DNA of 64,000 nucleotides, taken from NCBI GenBank assembly GCA_015680685.1, contig MNCI01000326.1, forward strand, positions 192,414 through 256,413. Reading direction: 5' to 3'. The translations under genes and the position numbers were made by a program. This DNA comes from Gnetum montanum. Lineage: Eukaryota; Plantae; Gnetophyta. The notes beneath the pieces are model-generated. The model was not told where the DNA came from. It did not search any database and saw only the letters and a list, made by a program, of their open reading frames with translations. Positions 54,870 through 64,000 of this stretch are shown here, piece by piece (within the stretch, counting starts at the first letter, position 1; every line of letters starts with the position of its first letter).

Positions 54870-57800
54870 TATTGATGTGTAAATTTTGGATGTACCAACA
54901 CTAGGGAAAAACTCATTTGATGAGACCTAGGAATAGTCTCAGTTCGAGAGGGATAAGTGACATTTCAAAGAAAAAAAAAGTTAAATTAAAAAGTTGGGAG
55001 AATTTAAATTGAACAATTATCTTGAATTTCAATACTCAACAAAAATATAATAACTAGTAAATTCAAATTTTTCTCTAGTTCCTGCTGTTGCCATTCGTTC
55101 ATGCTGTCTTTTTGTTGTAGATGCTATCATAGTTGACATTGCTCATAGCTACTAGGAGAAGAAGAGAGAGATACCTATCTAGTGTTTCATTATCATGTGC
55201 TTTGTTGTTGCCTACCACACAACCTATCATTGGTGGCAAAAAAGCTAAGAAGACTACTTGTTGCAACCTCACTATTGCGAAAGAGAGAAAGAAGAGAGAA
55301 TCCTATTGTAGTCACTTGTTTGGATTTGTAGAGGGAGAGAGAGAGGCTACCTACTAATCCCTTATTCTATGACATTGCGCTATTGCCATCGAGAGAGACC
55401 ACTTACCACAGTTGCTAACTATTACTGCATACTTGCACTAGTGAATGACATGCTTGTAGGAGTGAGGGTAGGCTAAGAAATCTACTCTATTATTGATTAT
55501 GTGGCCTACCATCATCTACGGTCACTACCAACATTGTAGTTTGCAATTTACTCCACAGCCATCTATTGGGAAATGAAGGAGAGAGAGGGATGTCATCACT
55601 ATCTGCTCTGCACTATCACATGGTATTGGAACAGATCATCGTCGCAAGCTTACCTACCTATTAACTTTGCTTGCCTACATTGTGCCATGCACACTGCTAC
55701 CTAAGAAAAGAGAGAAGGCTACGTGTTGGGGGTCTAAGAAAAAGAATAAAAATTGCCACCTATTGGTTTCTTGGCTAGCCCCAAGATCTTGATCTACCTA
55801 CTACCAGTTGCTAAGCCCCACATTGCTGTTGAGAGTCCCCTACTTCCCCTAGCAACTATCTATAGCATGTCCTACTGCTGTAAGATAGAGAGGAAAGGCT
55901 ACAGGTGTTGCTCATGATCTAGTACCATGTAACTACACTAGAGAGAAAGGAGGCCATGTGCATTTTTCCTTGATAACATTTTCTCCTCAACTTTTGTAGG
56001 CACTCTTTCGGATGCTTAAATGCCCATGTTCTATGTCAATTACACCGACCACCTAAGTTGTTACATAAGTTTCGTAATGCTTGGGACCACCACATCATTA
56101 GTTATGCCACCACCATATGTAACCACTTGGACATAACTCTGACCTTGTTCTCCACCACTATCGGTTATCACCAACGTAACTCTTATAATGCACAGAACTC
56201 TTAGCACCACCATCATCAATTACACCACCTTTACAACTATTATGTAATCCACATTCTACACCACCTGGGCCATTACATCCATGCCATCATGGCATGGAAA
56301 CATAACCACCACCCCAAGCCTGCCATTATGAATCAGGCCCTAAGACATGCTTGTACAAATTAACTTTCTTTGTGCTCGATGCCAGGGTATTAGACTTGTT
56401 GATCATGGCTCCATGTCTAGCATGGGCAATGTTGGCTTCAACACTTAGCCTCCAAACTAGAAATTGCATGCAAGTGCAAGAAACAACACAACCATAGAAA
56501 TCTTAAAAGGAGATGCAGAAGATAGAGGAAAAAGTCAAGACTTAGGTAAGGATTGCCAAACCACAAATCTAAAAATAGAACTAAGAAAATGAGAATTTAG
56601 AAATTTGAAATAGCATTAAAGATGGCTGATGAGACTTGGGTAACAAAAATTTTTAGGAAATAGATGTTTGGGATCAGAAAATAAAAGGGCTTGAAAATTC
56701 TTAAAAAATATTTTTCAAGATATGGGCTAAAAATAGAGATTTTTAACAGAATAATTTAACAAAAAATAGGCTTCAAAACAAGATTAAGTAGGGCTATTTT
56801 TATGGCCTTTGCTTTTGCATTTTTTAAAATATCAATTTCTCTTATTTCATTTCAAAAAGATGTTGATGCGTAAATTTTGGATGCATCAACACTCGGAAAA
56901 AAAAACTTGTTTGAAGAGACTATTGCCCAGGGTGCCTCCCACATGGGTATGGAAACCCAAGAATAGTCGATGCTAGAGAAGGCTATGTGACATTTTAAAA
57001 ATAAAATAAATTAAACTGTAATGTTGGAAGAATTTAAATTGAAAAGCTATCTTGAATTTTAAGACTCAATGAGAATACCATAACTAGTAAATTTAAATTT
57101 TTCCCTGGTTCTTACTATTGCCATTTGTCTATGCCATCTCATCATCATAGATGCTACCATAGTCAACATTGCTCATAGTTGCTAGGAGAGGAAGAGCGAG
57201 AGAGATCTATCTAGTGTTCCATTGCCATGCACCTTGTCATTGCCTACTAGACAACCTATTGTTGGTGATAGAAAACCTAGGGAGGCTGCTTGTTGTAGCT
57301 TCATCATTGCCAAAGAGAGGAAAAAGAGAGAACCCTATTGCAGTCGCTATTTTAGATCTACAAAAAGAGGGAGGCTATCTATTAATCCCTTGTCCTCTAA
57401 CATGACCCTCCCATCACTGAGGGAGACTACCTAATGTAATTGTTGACTGTTGCCGCACATTTGCACTATCAGCTAAAGCACCTATAGGAATGATGGGAGG
57501 CTGAGAAATTCACTCTGCTATTGACTACATAGCCTATCATCGTTTGCAGCTACTGCTACTTTGGCAGTTTATGGTTTAGTCTACCAATGTTTCCTAGGGA
57601 AGGGAGAAGAGAGAGATATATCACTGCTATCTGCTCTACATTGTCACGTGTTGTTAGAGTAGATTGCCACTGCAAGCTTACCTACCTATTAATGCTGCTT
57701 GCCTACATCATGCCACATGCACTACTGCCCATGGAAATAGAGGAGGCTACCCACTAGAGTGCAATAAAAAAGAAAGAAAACCATTGCCTCCTAGTTACCT

Positions 57801-58419
57801 AGCTAGTCCCAGAATCCTGATCTACCTACTACCTATTGCTCAATCCCCCACTAGTGTTGAGAGTCCCTTGCTTTCCCTTGCAAATATCTATAGCATGTCG
57901 TACTGCTACAAGAAAGAGAGGAGAGGCTGTAGGTGTTGCTTGCCATTTGGCACCACGTAGCTACACTAGAGAGAAAGGAGGTCATGTACTTTTTTCTCCC
58001 ATAACATCCAATCCTTCACTTTTATAGTTGCTCATCTAGGTGTTTAAATGCCCACATCCTATGTTACTTACGTCCACCACGCAGGCCATTACCCAACACC
58101 ACTTGGACAAAACTCTCACCATGTTTTCCACCATCGTTGGTTATCATTAATGTAACTTTTGTTACACACATAATGTTTAGCACCACCACCATTAGTTATG
58201 CCACCTCTGTAGCTATTACATAACCCACATTCTACAACACCTGAGCCATTATGTCCATTCCATCATGGCATGGCAACATAATCACTGCCACAAGCTTGCC
58301 ATTATGAATTAAGCCCCAAGACGTGTTCGTACAAATTAACTTTCTTTGTGCTCGATGCTAGAGGATTAGACTTGTTGATCATGGCCCCATTGCTAGCATG
58401 GGCGATGTTGGCATAAGCA
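54870..58419 (-). mobile_element. Non-autonomous LTR element: two ~1.56 kb LTRs around a 417 bp non-coding core
   Basis: Direct repeats 54870-56443 and 56861-58419 with T(A/G)TTGATG...CA ends. Flanks ATTAC/CTTAC (4/5 TSD). PPT-like TTTGGAGGCTA on the minus strand next to 56443. Confidence 0.7.
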
Positions 58420-60080
58420 CTTACATGTGGGATATGACTTGATTGTCATCTTTTGATTTGGTTTTGCATCACCAAATTAAGTTGTTCCACCATTGCGGAT
58501 GTCACCAAATCCAAGTATTTTATGTTTCCATCTTGACACCCTTGACCTCTTCTTCAAGCACCATGAGAAAGAACTAAAGCAAAATCTATGCAATAGGAAT
58601 GCATGGTTAGAATGGGTAAAGGATAGTGGGGGTCTAAAAGTTAAGGTTTCCTTGCACGTCAAGTAGTCCATCAGAATCATCAAAGTTTATTCAATAGAGC
58701 ACTCATATGCACTCATGTTAGTAATGGCAATTTCCATTTTTTTTCATCTAAAAGCTTAGTTAAAGTCAAAAATCAAATAGAGAAATTTTAATTTTTGAAG
58801 GGCACAAGAATCAGCAATATATAATATATTAAACTTAAAAAATCGATAAAAATACAACACTATTCATTAGATTAAATATTTTATCCGATTTTGTATGAAC
58901 TTCAACATTGCTTTGCTATTGCAGATCTTGCCATTCATCGCAGATTTTTTAATTTGTGATTGACAGCACTGATATCCTTGGCAACCACAAAATAGAATCC
59001 GTGTTAGAAAAAAATAAAGAAAAAAATTCCTCTCCTTTTCTGGCCAACGTTACGGTGAATGAGGATGCCTCTGCTGTAGCATGGAACGATTCATTCATTT
59101 GATAGCGCATCGCATCCTTCGTTGGTGACAGAATGCCATTGCGGGGTTGATTCAGCAGTCTCATCTCTTGTGACGTGTTCGATGCCATAATCTTACTTAT
59201 GTCCACTCCACTATTACTATTATTTGTAAACCGAATTAATAATGAGAATTCTTGCGTGGTGCAACGATGGTCGCCAACACGGTAGCTTCTAAATTGAATT
59301 GTCCGCATTTCTCAACTTTCACGTTCCTGTGCTTAGAAAACCAAATGAACCACTGCACGATGCGTTCTATTGTGCCTTGCGTATCTCCCATTTTCATATA
59401 TCAACTGTCTCTGCTTGGGGTAATCGGAGTTTTCTAAAAACCTTGTATAAAAGCTAACCTGGTGTGCATATCTGGGCTCTATCGTCTCTGCAAAGTGCCA
59501 ACCGAGTTCTTGCTTCAGGTTAGGGTAGCTGGAGGCATAAATAGGTGACATGGCATGGCACAAGCTGTTTATTTATAATCCATACATTTTTAATTATACT
59601 ACCTTTTACCTTCGTTATTCTTTCTTACATTGGACTACTTTACTGATTTATAAAATACCAATCGAATATAACTCTGGTTGTTGGACATGAATTATTAAAA
59701 AATGTTCCTTTCTTAGGAAAAATCTGAAGGAAAATCTGCAATCCTATCAACGTGTTCTTCGTCCAGAAGTTATGAAATTTTTTACTCAAAGAACTTTTTA
59801 CTGGTAAACAAATAAGATTCTCTTGGCCAATTTATAGATATATATTATAAATATATAACTAAGCTAGTGATTGCTAGTCGTCTGCTGCAGTGATGATTTA
59901 AACATAACAAATAAAAATATTATCAGACCATGGAATGCTTTATTGAATGATTATAAACATGTTTTAATACAACAGAAATAATCAAATAATCAATGTACAA
60001 ACTTGCATAGTTAAAAATGTATAGTTACAAATGATCTGACATTCAAAATAGTAAAAATTACTTGACAGAAAAGAATGATA

Positions 60081-61950
60081 TCATTCTTTATTAGATTTAA
60101 TGCGTTCCTCTTCATCCAATCTACTCTGAAGGTATGAAGCCTTAAATATCTTGATATATCTTTCTTTGGAGATTGGAGGGAATATCTTCAAACTGTCAAT
60201 ACTCCTCACTCGAGATAGTGCCACAAATGTAAGACCTATTGTTTATTTACTACCAAAATCTATACACGCTTTCTCCAATGTCATTACCTATGACTTGTGT
60301 ATCGTTCAAGCCCATGCTAATCTAAGTGGTAGTTGGCGAGATCCTCCACGTATGATTCGTGGAATGGGTACTTGTCGAGGATGTTCATTATCATACGGTA
60401 CTCCAATATAGGAGTCAAACTCAATGATGAAATATGATGACAACTGTGGAGGTTGGCAATGTGGACTATATATTATTTTCTTAGTGACTCCCAATGCACC
60501 ATTAACCAATCCTGCTTCTGGCCATAGATTAACAGTGAGCATAACCCTTGCATCCTCACAAATGAACACTACTAGGTCCAATTCTCCTTCTAAATCATCC
60601 CAAAATTTCACATCATTTGTCTTTCTATCTACTGTGCACTGTGCAACTAGCTTCTGCATTTTGAGAAATATTTTTTCATTATGCATATGCACTTTATCGT
60701 TTGTATCAAATAAATGCACAGAATTCTCAAATCCATCTTGCCCATCCGATGTTGATGGAAGTTGCATTCTCAAGCTTAAAAAGTCATAATCCTCATCAGT
60801 TATATTTCCTTCTCGTATATTCATCAAAACTTCTCTAAATCTTTGTTGTTGCAAATCATCACCCCTTTGTTGATACACAACATCAAAGGTTACAAATTTA
60901 TTGAATGCCAACCAAAAATTCTTCACATGCATCTGAGATGATATGCACAGTATAACATCTTTAACAGGTGAAAGCTGTGTAAGATATCCAATGAGTATCA
61001 TAGATCTACCACCAAAGTTATCTAAACAATTATTTGGAAATATTTTCTTAAGCCTTCGTTCAATGTTGCTAAGAAATTTTCCACATATGAAACTTATTTC
61101 ATCTATAATAATATATTTTATGTATTTGTATTTATTGTATAATGATGACAAAGGTGATGCAAGCAATGGTTTGTAATCTTTGATTCCAATCTTCAACTCA
61201 GAATCTACTATAGTTGCATTAATATTATACACTTTAGCACTAGTAGGGGTGAGCACCAATAAGCTATTCTTTACCAATGAGCAAGTTTGACTAAATTTTT
61301 TATGAATCGTATCAATGAGATACGATTTCCTGTGCCTACTGTACCTTAAATAATTATCAATAGAGGAGAAACTTCATCCATTTGGAATTGTTGCATATAT
61401 AGATGGCCAGTGATAATCTTGTAGCATTTCTTTTGTTGAACTCCTAGAGAAGATATATCTACCTTATTTTATTTATTTCTTGAATTTGTTATTATCCCAT
61501 GTGATCTATGACCATGAACAAAAGATGTAGTAATCTTTACAACACCCTCTCTAGGATAGTTGGCTGACCATTCATTCTGTCTATCTCAATCTCTTAATCC
61601 AAGCATTTCGAGTTTACTTCATTGAAAATGAGCTGATGTAAGTAGATGTCGATTTAGTACTTCAAAATCATATTTAATACCATCCTTTATTTTTGGAATA
61701 ATATCTGTATACTACCTCTCTTCCTCGCAAGGACATTCAAACTCTTCATCGAATGTTTCCACTTCCAATTCATAGATGTGTTAAATAGAAATCTATTTTC
61801 ATTAAATTTCTTCATCATTTCTTCCTAGATCGTGTTTGACATCTCTAAAATGATACTGTAGTAACAGTTGTGCCCAACAATAATCTATCCATTTCTCCTC
61901 TCCTACTCTTGGAGCTACTCTAAATTTATTGAAATATACGATATTGATAA
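60081..61950 (-). pseudogene. Helitron-type Rep C-terminal region + PIF1 (SF1B) helicase remnant
   Basis: YCWAQLLLQYHFRD (~61840-61885); Walker A GTVGTG[fs]KS (~61320-61347); IIIDEISF, FGGRSMILIG..TQLSPV, NLWPEAGLVNGALG, RQLPLRLAWA*TIHKS*, TFVALSRV. Confidence 0.9.
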
Positions 61951-64000
61951 CTGTATATTATATTATAGAATTTTCTGAAAAGGATTTTCCTACATGATTT
62001 AGAATAGACATAGAGAACAACAAAAGAATAATATGAGGCATGTCAAGGTAGTCATTTCAATGTATATATACAAAATTTCATTACAAATTCTCTCTCTTGG
62101 CTGAAATCCAAGTCATTCCATGTTTTAAACAGTACGTCAATATATGCAAGCAAGATTAACATGAGTTCGTAAATAGAGAAGTATGCATATGCAGTGGCAT
62201 AGTGACTGCATTGTTGAAGCCATGACCAATAGTAACCAAAGTGCTGATATTAACAAGATCTTTATTATTATTATATATAAAAAATTTTAGAAAAAATTCT
62301 GACATGCGTACCCATTGCCGATTTATTGCGCTTCAGTAGGCACTCCCGAATCCAACACAAATTGTTCATCTAATGAGGCATATTTATGGTTTTCAACACA
62401 ACATAACCTTTAGAACAAGGACACAAACTTTCTAAATGTATTTCTATTTTGCAACGGACCTAACCTTTCATAACACGTCAGCGTTAATCAGCGTTATGGA
62501 CAAAGTTGGAGTTACCGAAATATGACTGGTAATGGCCTCTTGGCCAAATTATTAATTCTTCAATTCTTAAACAAATTTGGAAAACATAGTGTAAGCTTAG
62601 TAAGTATTAAAATTACAACAATATTACTATTTCAAAAGATATGCTTTTCAAATTAGCCCATGGTGACTTCCTTTTAATGAAAGAACTTAAATTACTAATT
62701 TATCTAGGTTGTCTACCACATGAAACAAATTTGGTATTATTACAATTTCTTCTCTACATATACACAATGTGTTACTAGACTCCACAACCATTCATTTTTC
62801 ATGAAATAAACTCAAACTTTGGAAGTTTCTCATATGACTCATAAAACTTATCCTAACTTGTATGCTATTTGATTTTTACTACTTATAAATTGCTAAAATA
62901 ATTCAAAAATTCAACTCCACTCATGGATCATGAGTGACCAAGCTTCCACAAAAAACCCAAAACCTGGATTACGAATCTCATACCACTATGCTTGATAGAT
63001 TACATGGAAGGAAGCTTCTAACCTACATAGTTAAAATAGAACAAGAAATTTTTTTCTAAAAACTAATTTACGATCTTGAGAATTTATTTAAACTAAAAAT
63101 ACTTTGCAGAAAGCATTTCCATAATTTTTTTGAATGATGGAAAATTTGTTTCTCCTTTTAATTTTAAAGAATATAAAATTATTCCAAAAAATGATTTTAT
63201 TCATGAGAAGTTAAATAAGACCTAGAAAATGCAATTATCCTTTTCTGGAAAATGAAAATGGAAAATATTTGAAAAGTTTCTACCTTTTCAAAAATTTAGA
63301 TTTTTTATGATGACTTATTCATCAAGGTCTTTATATCGACAATTCTTTTTAACATATGAAAATAATATCTTCTCAATGTCCTCTTTTTGTTAGATAAGCT
63401 CATCTTCTCATGTTTATTTTTTGTGTACTATGTTGCATTACATGCTTGGAAATGGACATCTATAATTTGTAACAACTATCAATTAAATATCAATAATATA
63501 TTCCTGATTATCAACTTGCTTTGTCTACTTCATTTCTTTACATTTGAAAGTGTCTTTGGCTGCTTGTTCTCTATTCTATTTGGAAGCTTCTATGTTCAGT
63601 TAAGTTTGAGTAGTAAGGGAATAACTATGACCTTTCTTCAAGAGTTAAATATTAGATTCTAAAAGATATGGCTTTTCAATTATAGCTTTAAGCAGAAAAT
63701 CTTTCACTAAAAACTGAACAATTAATTTCTTTCTTGCAATTTTAATTTCTTTTTATTTTGGAAGCTGAAAGATAGATAGGAGTATTTTAGCTTTTATTAC
63801 TATTTGTTTATTTTTTTATTAATTTTTTTTTGTCTTTAGAGAGTTTTCTCCTTTTTACAATAACCCATTTAGGAAGAAGTGAAACCATATGGGGGTTCTT
63901 TTAAATGAGGGAAAGGTATAATCCTTTTTCCTATCCCAAAGGAGATCTTTTTTAGGATTGATTGTAAGGATAAAAATATGAAAGGCATTCCAAAAATTGT

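Noticed and set aside
62460-62505. Short inverted repeat (CATAAC...GTTATG) as a possible Helitron terminus
   Set aside because: Stem is short and no matching terminal signature was found.

Overview
Eukaryotic (plant-type), AT-rich, repeat-dense window with a strong C->T/G->A decay signature; most in-frame stops look like decayed CAG/CAA/CGA/TGG codons. No intact host gene is visible. Contents in order: a probable LTR end (1-713); a WRKY-like pseudo-exon (~760-995, -); a SIRE/Copia-like LTR+gag remnant (2.8-5.0 kb, -); and a nest of Athila-type Ty3/gypsy elements with TGATG...CATCA termini and a tRNA-Asp-type PBS. In the nest, gag-only element A spans 5434-27766, full element B (13054-27753) sits in A's 3' LTR, solo LTR C (26183-27115) sits in B's 3' LTR, and element D runs from ~29330 to ~54300. 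A Tat-group element E (29609-~47095, -) sits in D's 5' LTR. After that come a non-autonomous LTR pair (54870-58419) and a Helitron-type Rep/PIF1 helicase remnant (60.1-62.0 kb, -). The standout is in element E: its pol is split between protease and RT by a ~5.2 kb spacer. The spacer holds an antisense, 7-exon, ~940-codon decayed gene with an FCP1/NIF-like HAD domain (catalytic motif degenerate), a TE-accessory-like domain, a basic NLS-like exon and a coiled coil. It is bracketed by tandem arrays that share a TGCYAGTTT core with a third array behind integrase. All family assignments are by-eye motif recognition; no searches were run.
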